DNA of 26,940 nucleotides, taken from a virus (Duplodnaviria > Caudoviricetes). The notes beneath the pieces were generated by a model. That model did no database searches, was not told the origin of the DNA, and worked only from the letters and a program-made list of their open reading frames with translations. The DNA lies in IMG/VR virus record IMGVR_UViG_3300037422_000160, positions 1 through 26,940 of that record; one strand, 5' to 3'. Positions within the stretch are counted from its first letter, which is position 1; every line of letters begins with the position of its first letter. A program made the translations under genes and the position numbers. Below are positions 1-8,400 of this stretch, one piece after another.

Positions 1-281
1 TGATCGTCCCAAGGCTTCTTCATCAGCGGACCCAGGGGCTTGCCGAGCGCTTTCTTGAGCGCGCGCTTGACAGCGAACGCTCCAGCGCCCTTGTCACCGA
101 GCTTCAGCTCGCCAGGGAACTTTGCGACCAGCGCGCGCGGAGCGCTCTGGGCTGCCACGGGCAATCTGAGCTCCTTGCGCGCCTGGCGCTTTGACGAGTC
201 GACTGCGAAAGAGTCGTCTCCGTCGAGCTGCGGCTCGTCGAGAGGTACGTCAAGAAGCGAATCGTACACGACGTAGTTCAT
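1..281 (-). CDS. Probable endolysin / peptidoglycan-binding protein (5' part only, runs off the window)
   Basis: Not in ORF track. ATG at 281 in an ATGA overlap with the upstream stop, RBS AGGAG. Translation MNYVVYDSLL...FPGELKLGDKGAGAFAVKRALKKALG resembles the PG_binding_1 start (LxxGxxGxxVxxLQxxL). Follows two membrane-protein genes. Confidence 0.55.
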   Translation of the reverse strand, partial: MNYVVYDSLLDVPLDEPQLDGDDSFAVDSSKRQARKELRLPVAAQSAPRALVAKFPGELKLGDKGAGAFAVKRALKKALGKPLGPLMKKPWDD

Positions 282-472
282 GACGCTCCTTTAGGGATGC
301 AGCGATCTGCGAGCAACCTCAAGAGCTCTTCGATATCTGTGAGCCGCACTTCGTGCTGTCGCAAGGCTGCAACACAGTACGCGGCGAAAAGCAGCGAAAG
401 AATAGCGATAGTAGCCGCTATCCAGACGACGATTTCCGCCCGCGGACGATGTGATGTCAAGGCGTGCCCCAC
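278..472 (-). CDS. Small single-TM membrane protein (lysis-cassette candidate)
   Basis: Hydrophobic IVVWIAATIAILSLLFAAYCVAAL followed by a short coil. True start may be TTG at 460, overlapping the upstream stop. Confidence 0.6.
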   Translation of the reverse strand: MGHALTSHRPRAEIVVWIAATIAILSLLFAAYCVAALRQHEVRLTDIEELLRLLADRCIPKGAS

Positions 473-711
473 GTCTGCATCACGACGAATGCGAAACCGA
501 CTGCTGAGACCGCCACGGTGATTGCCGAACCTACAACGGCTCGCCGAAGAGAGCGCATCTCGTCTCGCAAATCCTGGACGTCCTCGTGAAGATCGCGCAC
601 AGAGTGCGCCAGCACTGCGGGCTCCAGGTCGTACAGCTTTTCGAGACGCCTCTCGACGTTTGCGAGCCTCACCATCAGAGCTCCCCCGTTAGGGAGCTCT
701 GACGAGCTCAC
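457..711 (-). CDS. Coiled-coil protein with C-terminal TM helix (holin/XhlA-like)
   Basis: Heptads RLANVERRLEKL and VRDLHEDVQDLRDEMRSLRR, then AVVGSAITVAVSAVGFAFVVM; lies upstream of the putative endolysin. Confidence 0.6.
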   Translation of the reverse strand: MSSSELPNGGALMVRLANVERRLEKLYDLEPAVLAHSVRDLHEDVQDLRDEMRSLRRAVVGSAITVAVSAVGFAFVVMQTWGTP

Positions 712-735
712 GTTACGACATGTGACTCGTGCATC

Positions 736-903
736 CTAGCGTCCGTTCCTCCCGTTACGACGCTGCCGCCTGCGCCTAGCTGTCATCGCCTTTTGCCTCT
801 GCGCAGTCCGCGACGCCTTCGCAGCTGCGTTCCTGCGTCGTGAGGTCACTTTTCGCTTCTTGCGCTCCGCCTGTTCCGCAAGCAGACGGCGCCACCAAGC
901 CAC
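736..903 (-). CDS. Small, very basic Arg-rich protein (55 aa)
   Basis: GTG at 903 overlaps the TAG of the upstream gene. MAWWRRLLAEQAERKKRKVTSRRRNAAAKASRTAQRQKAMTARRRRQRRNGRNGR fills the gap between two genes. Confidence 0.5.
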   Translation of the reverse strand: MAWWRRLLAEQAERKKRKVTSRRRNAAAKASRTAQRQKAMTARRRRQRRNGRNGR

Positions 904-3227
904 TACGCAGCACGCCTCAGCGAGCGTCGTTCGATGACGTCTAGCCACTGCTTGTAGACGTCGTTCCAAGAGTGCCTCAGAGCGAACTGTCTGCCCTGAG
1001 CGCGCTGGCTTCCTGCTTCTCCGCGCTGTACGAGGTCCATGGTGTCCTCGAGCGACATCATCCACTCTCGCTGGTAGCTGTCGTTGTTCGGCCAGCCCGA
1101 AACGCCCGGACGCACGACGTTCTCGGAGAGCGCAGCGAGATCGCTCGTGACAGGCAGCACACCAGCAGCCTGCATCTCGAGCGCCGTGATGCAGAAAGTC
1201 TCCATGAAGAACGTCGGGTACAGCCAGGCAGTGTAGCCGTAGAGCTCTTTGGCGAGCTGCGCTTGGGGCACCCTGCCGCGCATGTAGATGCCTCCCTCCT
1301 CAGAGCCCAGAGTCTCGACGAGTCCCGTGACGTAGCGCTTGAACTTGTTGAGATGTGCGCCATAGCCTGTGTTACCCATCCTAGCAAGAATCGCGTCGAT
1401 CGACGACCAGCCGTAGAACACGTCGAGCGTCGCTGTGGGCCACCTCTCGCGGATCTTCGGCCACATGCCCAGCAACACGTCGAGGCCCCTGTCAGGACTC
1501 GAAGCGTACACGAAGCGAGGCTCTCGGTTATCGCGGATCTCAGCCTGGTACAGCGACGTGTCGAGCCCGTTAGGCACCACGATGACCTTGTCAGTATCGT
1601 ACAGCTCGCTCAGGTGTCGCGCGTGCCACTGTGACAGCCCGATGATAGCATCGATCCTCGACAAGCGATTGCCGAAGCCCGCGAGGTGCAGCAAGTCGTC
1701 ACGACAGTTGACGTCGTGCATCCACAGCAGCCTGCACCCAGCGTTGATGTTCGCGTCGAAGAGCTCTGGCGAGCGGCTGGACACGACGACGTCGTGCGAC
1801 ACTGCGGCGATGAAGTCGTTCATCTCGACCCACTGCACCCCGTCGTCGTCGATGCCGATGTGTTCGCCTGGCGTGCCATAGACCGTGACGTCCCAACCGT
1901 CGTCAGCGAACCTGGGCGCCAGGCGCATGATGCACGTCTCCGCGCCGCCCATGCCCTTCTCTGCCTCGATGTCGGGATGCCACGGCTCGAACGTGGGCCG
2001 AGTGAAGAACGCGATCGACTTGCTTCCCAGCGACGGGTAGCGCGTCTTCGTCTTGACGACGGGAGCCCGAGGCTCAGCAGCCTCGAGCTTCTCGATGAGT
2101 TCCGCGGTGGACTTGGTCGGATAGACGCTCTGCGCTCGGCGCAGGTCCTTCAGCGCGCCCTTGACTCTGCCCAGCTCGGCGCGCGCTACGCCGCGATTGA
2201 GGTAGGGCTGGTACGTGCTCTCGATCGCCTCGATGACCTGTGTCGTGGTGGGCTTGGACGCAAGCTTGATGCAAGCGGTCGCCCACTCCTCTGCGCGCGC
2301 GAACTCGCCCACCATCAAGTGCGTGGCGGAGATGCCGTTGTAGCTGTCTGGCCACGATGGACGCAACTTGAGGCCCTGGAGATCCGTGTCGATCGACGAG
2401 TTGTAGTCGCCGAGCTCTCGCTGGACGTCTGCGATACGATGGTTAGCGAGGTACCCGTCGTCTGTCGTCGGCTGCTGTTTGACGAACTGCTTGTACATCT
2501 GGATCGCGTTGTTGAGCCTGATCAAGCGCTCTTCACGCGGCAGATCGTCGTGAACCCCGCGAGCGTGCTCCTCGTTCGCCATGTACATCAAGAAGCGCTC
2601 CTCAGCGCCCTCCTCGAGCGCCATGCGGATCAGCTTGTCATTACGCGTTCGCGTGGCCCTGTCCTCGCCGGGCACCCTGTGGTGTCGCATCCACGCGCTC
2701 TTGAGCCAGGCCATCTGCGTGCCAGGCGGAGCGTAGCACACTTCGTGAACTCGGTGCCGCCAGCGCCAGTTCGTCCGCAAGCACAGCACGCGCTCTCGCT
2801 GCTGCTCGACCACGACGACTCCCGTGTCCGGGTCGACCCCGTAGTCGTAGCGCATGAAGGCGCCTGTCGTGTGCTCGCTCTGGATCTCGTCCATCGCCTC
2901 GTGGATATCGCCCTCGAGCGTGTCATCGGTGTCGATCCACAGCACCCACGCTTCCGGCGACTTGCGCTTCACGATCTCGAGAGACGCCTGGCGCTGTTCA
3001 GCGAAGCTGTCACACCAAGGCGTGTGGACGTAGTCCAGCGGCAGATCGCCCTTCATCCACTTCGGCAGACCTCGCTTCTTGCCGTTCCACGACAGCGCGA
3101 TTGCTGAGATGTCTTGCCTGACGAGCGATTCGGCCATTCGCTCCCAGTCGACCTGGGAACACGAGTCACCGGCGATGATCGTAGCCGTCAACTCGTATCG
3201 TGCCACAAGTGCCATCCTAACCTGCAC
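903..3227 (-). CDS. Bifunctional glycosyltransferase: GT2-like + TPR + GT4-like
   Basis: N-terminal WVLWIDTDD (DxD) and WRHRVHE; central TPR-like helices (LKLRPSWPDSYNGIS, YLNRGVARAELGRVKGALKDL); C-terminal GT-B motifs GMGGAE, YASSPDRGL, YPTFFMETFCITALEMQAAG. Confidence 0.85.
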   Translation of the reverse strand: MQVRMALVARYELTATIIAGDSCSQVDWERMAESLVRQDISAIALSWNGKKRGLPKWMKGDLPLDYVHTPWCDSFAEQRQASLEIVKRKSPEAWVLWIDTDDTLEGDIHEAMDEIQSEHTTGAFMRYDYGVDPDTGVVVVEQQRERVLCLRTNWRWRHRVHEVCYAPPGTQMAWLKSAWMRHHRVPGEDRATRTRNDKLIRMALEEGAEERFLMYMANEEHARGVHDDLPREERLIRLNNAIQMYKQFVKQQPTTDDGYLANHRIADVQRELGDYNSSIDTDLQGLKLRPSWPDSYNGISATHLMVGEFARAEEWATACIKLASKPTTTQVIEAIESTYQPYLNRGVARAELGRVKGALKDLRRAQSVYPTKSTAELIEKLEAAEPRAPVVKTKTRYPSLGSKSIAFFTRPTFEPWHPDIEAEKGMGGAETCIMRLAPRFADDGWDVTVYGTPGEHIGIDDDGVQWVEMNDFIAAVSHDVVVSSRSPELFDANINAGCRLLWMHDVNCRDDLLHLAGFGNRLSRIDAIIGLSQWHARHLSELYDTDKVIVVPNGLDTSLYQAEIRDNREPRFVYASSPDRGLDVLLGMWPKIRERWPTATLDVFYGWSSIDAILARMGNTGYGAHLNKFKRYVTGLVETLGSEEGGIYMRGRVPQAQLAKELYGYTAWLYPTFFMETFCITALEMQAAGVLPVTSDLAALSENVVRPGVSGWPNNDSYQREWMMSLEDTMDLVQRGEAGSQRAQGRQFALRHSWNDVYKQWLDVIERRSLRRAA

Positions 3228-3277
3228 GTGTACACGATGTTACCCATTCGAATGGCAAGAGTGCCTCATCAACGCTC

Positions 3278-3302
3278 TAGAAGCCCCCTTACGGGGCTTC
3301 TA
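3278..3302. terminator. Perfect 10-bp stem-loop between divergent units
   Basis: TAGAAGCCCC-CTTAC-GGGGCTTCTA; no long U-tract, so a terminator role is uncertain. Confidence 0.5.
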
Positions 3303-3371
3303 AGCGCACGTGTGTGTTGACCTGCTCGGGACTGCAACCAGGCGTGGCTATACCTAACAGGCAAGCAACTG

Positions 3372-3409
3372 TTCCCTAATGGTCACATGTAGTGTATAAT
3401 GATCACATG
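3372..3409 (+). promoter_or_regulatory. Sigma70-type promoter with leaderless ATG
   Basis: TTCCCT-17 bp-TATAAT (3395-3400)-GATCAC-ATG (3407). Direct repeat TAATG(G/A)TCACATG at 3377 and 3397. Confidence 0.7.
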
Positions 3410-3625
3410 GAGTTCACCACCACACCAGGAGGTCCCACAGTGTCCAAGCCTCGCGCAGGCTTCGTCCGTCTCACCCCGATCCAGGCCAAGAGCGCCAGGA
3501 CCCGGCAGCTCAACGCGTCCCGCCTCGCGGGTCGCGGCGTCCACACCGAGTCCCTTCCCAACGTCAGGCGCTTCACGAGCTCTCCCTACGAGTCCTTAGT
3601 CACCGGCAACACGAGGGCATTCTGA
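3407..3625 (+). CDS. Hypothetical basic protein
   Basis: In-frame starts at ATG 3407 (leaderless) and GTG 3440 (RBS AGGAGG); TGATG overlap with the next gene. Confidence 0.65.
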   Translation: MEFTTTPGGPTVSKPRAGFVRLTPIQAKSARTRQLNASRLAGRGVHTESLPNVRRFTSSPYESLVTGNTRAF

Positions 3626-3921
3626 TGGCGGACCTCGACTACCGCGTCCTCGACGCCCTCGGCAACGTCGTGTCCGTCGGCTCGCGCGTCCTCTACGCGG
3701 ACGAGTCGCTCGGCACCGTCTTGGCGATCAGCGACCCGGACGCAGACTACGACGACGAGCTGGGACGCGGCGTGTTCTACCCGCCCAAGGTCACTGTGCG
3801 CCTGGACGACGGCGAACAGGACGCCGTGTCCACCTACCGATCCACCCAGATCACGTGGGCCGACTACCCGGACGGCCCTGCGATCGAGGACTTCACGTGT
3901 GACGACATCGAGGTGAAGTAG
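3625..3921 (+). CDS. Hypothetical acidic protein, possible SH3-like barrel
   Basis: DALGNVVSVGSRV...GTVLAI...VTVRLDDG pattern; strong C/G third-position bias; coupled start. Confidence 0.75.
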   Translation: MADLDYRVLDALGNVVSVGSRVLYADESLGTVLAISDPDADYDDELGRGVFYPPKVTVRLDDGEQDAVSTYRSTQITWADYPDGPAIEDFTCDDIEVK

Positions 3922-3923
3922 TC

Positions 3924-4127
3924 ATGAGCGCTCACGACCGCTGGCTGGCTGGCTACCGTCACGAGGTAGTCGAAGTGTACTGTCAGAACCCAGAGTGCGT
4001 CCACGCCGACGGGATCGAGGCCGACTACGAAGTCGAGTACGGCCAGGGCAGCCTCGTTCCCGAGGAGTGTCCGCTGTGTCACTGCGCGCTGGACTTCACC
4101 AAGCCCGAGGAGGACGAAGATGCCTGA
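3924..4127 (+). CDS. Small zinc-ribbon protein
   Basis: CQNPEC ... CPLC; acidic tail. Confidence 0.7.
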   Translation: MSAHDRWLAGYRHEVVEVYCQNPECVHADGIEADYEVEYGQGSLVPEECPLCHCALDFTKPEEDEDA

Positions 4128-4455
4128 GCTGAAGCCGCTCTGCCCGAACTGTCTCGAGATCGACTGCAGCTGCACAGCGACCGAGAAGAAGCTGCAGCCG
4201 CTCAACATCCCGAACGTTGCGCCGAAGACGAAGGCAAAGTCGTCTACGGTGCCCAACGGCGTGCTCGGGTCGGGTCGCGGACCCACGGGTCGCTTGCGCA
4301 ACTTCAAGGCGATGGCAGACGACAAGCTCGCCAAGACGCTGCTCGACCTGCTCGTCGAGCAAAACACTTCGATGTTCGATCCCGACGCGATCGATGCCGT
4401 CAACGAAGAAATGTCCAGGCGCCCGACCATGAAGGGCGTCCACGTGTACTCCTGA
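4120..4455 (+). CDS. Hypothetical protein with N-terminal CPxCxExxCxC motif
   Basis: LCPNCLEIDCSC; RBS GAGGAG; overlaps the upstream gene. Confidence 0.75.
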   Translation: MPELKPLCPNCLEIDCSCTATEKKLQPLNIPNVAPKTKAKSSTVPNGVLGSGRGPTGRLRNFKAMADDKLAKTLLDLLVEQNTSMFDPDAIDAVNEEMSRRPTMKGVHVYS

Positions 4456-4465
4456 GCAAGTCGGA

Positions 4466-4482
4466 GGTATAATGACACCATG
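4466..4482 (+). promoter_or_regulatory. Leaderless promoter
   Basis: GG-TATAAT (4468-4473)-GACACC-ATG (4480); near-identical to the minus-strand site at 25714-25730. Confidence 0.7.
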
Positions 4483-4611
4483 ATCACAACCGAACACCTC
4501 TGCCCTACGTGCCTCGAAGTCGAGTGCGCCTGTGCAGACATGCCCAGAATCGGGCTCAGCTTCAAGGCAGGGACGTGCAAGACATCGTTCACCAAAGGAG
4601 AAAGCGCGTGA
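4480..4611 (+). CDS. 43-aa Cys-motif microprotein
   Basis: Not in ORF track. MITTEHLCPTCLEVECACADMPRIGLSFKAGTCKTSFTKGESA; leaderless start; GTGA overlap with the next gene. Confidence 0.65.
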   Translation: MITTEHLCPTCLEVECACADMPRIGLSFKAGTCKTSFTKGESA

Positions 4612-4811
4612 AGGTCACCATCGTCACTTGCGACGTTTGCAGTCGCACGATCGACAAGAACGGGCTGTACAGACTTGTCGCACGTCAGAACAACCACGAC
4701 GTCTCGCTGCGCATCGACATCTGCGGAGTCTGCGTAGCCTCGACGCTCGGCGACCCGTCGTACCTCAAGCGAGAGGAGCAGAGTGAGCAGCGTCTCACCA
4801 GAGTCGCCTGA
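4608..4811 (+). CDS. Small zinc-binding protein (CDxC...IDICxxC)
   Basis: RBS AAGGAG, GTG at 4608. MKVTIVTCDVCSRTID...LRIDICGVC, loosely reminiscent of the Lsr2 N-terminal pattern. Confidence 0.65.
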   Translation: MKVTIVTCDVCSRTIDKNGLYRLVARQNNHDVSLRIDICGVCVASTLGDPSYLKREEQSEQRLTRVA

Positions 4812-5013
4812 GTGGGCGGCATACAAGATCACCAGCGGGCCGGGTGACCTCGACAGCAAGATCGCTGCCGTCGAGCGGCTAGTAGCCCAGTTCCCGGGCA
4901 ACACGGGTGTCAGCGGATACCTGGAGAGCCTCCACATGCAGAAGGAGCTTTCAGAGGCTCCTCGCGCCCGCGTGGATGCTTCTCCCGACGCTCCTGGTGC
5001 ACCGGAAGCCTGA
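4783..5013 (+). CDS. Hypothetical helical protein
   Basis: RBS GAGGAG before GTG 4783; continues the operon. Confidence 0.6.
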   Translation: MSSVSPESPEWAAYKITSGPGDLDSKIAAVERLVAQFPGNTGVSGYLESLHMQKELSEAPRARVDASPDAPGAPEA

Positions 5014-5032
5014 GGTACATGGGATAACCTTA

Positions 5033-5063
5033 GGGAGAGCTCCGTTCGCTCAGGGGCTCTCCC
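5033..5063 (+). terminator. GC-rich stem-loop after the plus-strand operon
   Basis: GGGAGAGCTCC-9 nt-GGGGCTCTCCC (11 bp with one G:U pair); weak U-tract. Confidence 0.55.
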
Positions 5064-5109
5064 GTTGACAAGGAGCAGCGAATGACCTGGAGAGCAATCG
5101 CACAGAAGG

Positions 5110-5307
5110 GTGAATGAGCAAATGCTCGTCACAGACGGAGATACGGACACCCCAGAGCGCGTTCGCATCCTCGATCTCAGTAACGGCAAGCTCGGACCCG
5201 AGCTCAACACCCAGTCAGTCCTCGCGCGAGGCTACTGGGAGGAGCCGCTGTGGGAAGGCGACGTCAACGTGCTCATCGCGGAGGGGCAAGATGTCACAAC
5301 CGCTTGA
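5110..5307 (+). CDS. Hypothetical protein (candidate partner of the polyvalent protein)
   Basis: RVRILDLSNGKLGPELNTQSVLARGYWE; start uncertain (see findings). Confidence 0.6.
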   Translation: MNEQMLVTDGDTDTPERVRILDLSNGKLGPELNTQSVLARGYWEEPLWEGDVNVLIAEGQDVTTA

Positions 5308-5497
5308 CATCGACAGCGAGGACCGTCACGCCGATTGGCCAAAGGCGACGCTCGACTTCGACGGACCCGCCGACTTCACAGCCCACTTCGCCAAGCAGGG
5401 CATGACATCCGACCAAGTTCGAGCGATGCCGTTCTACGAGCTCGCCAAAGACCGTTACGACTGGCTCGACGAAGCCATCGACGCGCTGCCGAACTAG
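5291..5497 (+). CDS. Small acidic hypothetical protein (candidate immunity protein)
   Basis: RBS GGAGGGG, ATG 5291. MSQPLDIDSEDRHADWPKATLDF...; stop overlaps the convergent stop of the 1717-aa gene. Confidence 0.65.
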   Translation: MSQPLDIDSEDRHADWPKATLDFDGPADFTAHFAKQGMTSDQVRAMPFYELAKDRYDWLDEAIDALPN

Positions 5498-8400
5498 CCG
5501 AAGCCGAGGTAGTCGAACACGTTCTTGATCGCCTCCTCGTCCCAGTCCAGCTCGATTAGCCTCTTCTTCAAAGCGGCCTCCCACTTCTCCACGTTCTGCA
5601 AGCCGTTGTTCTCCATCGCGAGCTCGTCGAAGAAGTTGATGACAGCCTCGTAGTCGCCCCTGTCGAAGTTCATCGACGCCAACGCCTGTTCGAACGGGTC
5701 GACGCTAGGCTCCGCAGCCACACTGCCCGGGTCGAATTCGAGATACTCCTTGACGCTGGGCGGAATGGGCAGCCCCAGCGTGTGCTCGACGAAGTCGAGC
5801 GCGAAATCAGGCTCCCAACCCGCCTCCATCGCACGGTCGAAGATCACCTCAGCGAAGTTCTCAGGCGTGAAGTCAGCGTAGTCAGGATCGCTGTTCACGT
5901 TGTTGAACGCGTCCGCCATGTCGAACTCGTCGACCTCAGCCTCGAGGTACGCGTCGAGCGCTTGAGCTAGGATCGGCAAAGCAACTCCGCTCGCGGGTTT
6001 GCCGATGCCTAGGCTCTGGAAGAAATCGCGCATCTTCTCGGGCGTCCACGTGTGCAGCGCGGACCCGAGCTGCATCATGTACGCCTCGATCTCGTCGTCG
6101 TCGTAGTGATTTTCGCGCAGGAAGTTCACGAGACCAGCGAGCGCTTCTGCATCACCTGGTCGAACGCCGTCCTCGAGGCGCGCCATGTAGTAGCCGTACG
6201 CCTCGGCGATCGTGAGGAACGGGTTAACGCGACTCTCATCCATCGGGATCACGTTGGGTGATGTGCCGAACCACTCGAGGTAACCTTGCTCGTCGATCGC
6301 GTCCGCGAACGAACCCAGATCTTCGAGGCTAGACAGCTCCTCGTTCACGTGCAAGAAGACGGTGTCGTCACCGCGCTTCCAGCCGTCGAAGACGAGGTAA
6401 AACTGCATTGAGACTGATGCACCAGGACCCGACGCGAGCTTGAAGTACTTGACGCCTTGCGGCAAACTCTGGAGCTTCATAGCCCCGAATTCAGCTTTCT
6501 TGCCCTCGAGGAAGTCGCTCACCTTTGACCAGAAGTCCTTCTCCTCGGGCACGTGGTCCTGAATCGTCGCAGAGATCCACGCGGTGTCTCCTTCAGTGCC
6601 GCCAAGGATCACGAACTCTGTCTCTTCGAGGCAACCCCATCCCGTCGATGCAGACGCTAGCACGCGTTCGCGCGGCACCTGCACAGCGATCACGACGCCG
6701 TCATCAGATCGGTTGCTGGAGTCCCGAGCGAAGGGCTTGGTCGTGCCGTACGTGTACGAAAACGAAGAAGCTGGCTGTAGCAAGACTTCGCCTTGCCTCA
6801 GAGACGCGCCACCCGAGCCTTCGGGCCTCGCTACGCTCGTGGGCAACGTCATGCCCCTGTACAGCAACAACTGATCGATGCCCTTTTTCGCGAGAGCGTC
6901 CTGCGTCTCCTCGTACATTGCCCTGACGAATGCTCGCAGCGCTTCACCGTGAGCGTTGTACAGCTCCTCAGCGTCCATCCACTCTACGCGGTCAGTGAAC
7001 CGTTCGGGCGGTGTTACGCCCATCTCGTCAGCGACTGCCTTCTGCATGGCAAGCGCCAGCTCGTGATGATCTGCGCTAGTCGATGCCCACGTCGCGATGA
7101 GACCGTTCACCATTGCGTGCCTCGGATCGTCATAGTGCCGCCACTCCATGTACTTGTTGAGCATGCCTGCCTCGACGTTCGAGCCGACAGTCACGCTGTC
7201 AGGAAACTCGGGCATGTCGTACTTGCGACTCTCGCCGGTCACCATGTTCGAAATGGTAAGCACCTTGATCTCAGATAGCGGTCCAGCGTCTGCGCGCTCG
7301 ACGTCGTCAACGATCCACACCTCGTTCGACATGACGAACTTGTCACCGACTGTCAAACTATGCGACCTCATCGTGAAGCCGCCCTTCTGCACGCGCTTCA
7401 TCCCGTAAATCTGCTCGAACTGTTCTGGCGTGCCCTCAAGGAAGCCGAGATCTCTCGACTCAAAGACGTAGTGAGTGCCCGAGATCTCGAACACCCTGAA
7501 GGGCTCGAAGTAACTGCCAATCTTCACAAGGTCACCGACAGCCAACTCTTCAAAGTCGACAGTCTCGTCTACGCTGAACTGCTTGTTGAACGCCTCGTTG
7601 TCCTTCAGCCGATCGACAAGTCGCCGCACGACGACATCCTTCGCAGCCTCGCGCTCAGTCCTGCCCTCGGGATCGTAGTGCTCGTGCTCGCGAAACTCGA
7701 ACATCACGTCCTTCGCAACCTGCCAACTCTTGGCGACCATTTCCTTGATACGCGTTGGCTTCTTGACGTCAAAGGGCTTGAGCTTTTGCTCAGTAGTCTG
7801 CGTAAGCGCTGGTCCGTCAATCTCATCACCATCGTCGATCTGCGCGTCTGAGCGACCCGTCAAGCGTTCACGTCCCGTGTCGGTGGCGATCGTGTCGCGA
7901 GGAGCGCCAAGTTCGACCAGCCTCAAGTAGAGCGGATTCAGCCTCTCCTCGATCTCAGTCTGCAGCGTCTCGATGTTCTCGTCGTAGCCGCCACGATCGA
8001 GGATCGCCTGGTTGGTCATGAACGCCTTCTCGAGCTCGTCGATGCGATCGTTGAGAATCTCGATCTCGCTCTTGGGCGCCTCGGGCACAGATCCGCCAAC
8101 AGGCAGCCTAGTGTCACCAGACTGGAACTCGATCAGCTCCGGGCTTGCACGCACTAGCGAGCGAGTGCCGGCGTCAGTAGCGTCAAGTTGCAACCCCTCT
8201 TCGTGTCCGTGTGACCTAAGAATGGCGTCCATCATTGCTAGCCGCACGACGACTGAGCTAGACCCATCTAGAACGTTTCTCAGCTGAGCCATCGCGTATG
8301 TTCGAATCTCGGGCTCCGAGAGCTCGGGATTCGATTCGAAGATGCGATCGCGCAGCGGGTTATAGAACGCCTTTCTCAGCCACTCGACTTCGACAGGGTA

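Noticed and set aside
972-3107. Long plus-strand ORFs of 220 and 473 aa
   Set aside because: Antisense shadows of the glycosyltransferase gene.
5065-5070. Perfect TTGACA
   Set aside because: No -10 hexamer at 16-18 bp spacing.
3864-5210. 448-aa minus-strand ORF
   Set aside because: Antisense to a chain of coupled plus-strand genes with RBSs and promoters; no recognisable motifs; a typical high-GC shadow ORF.
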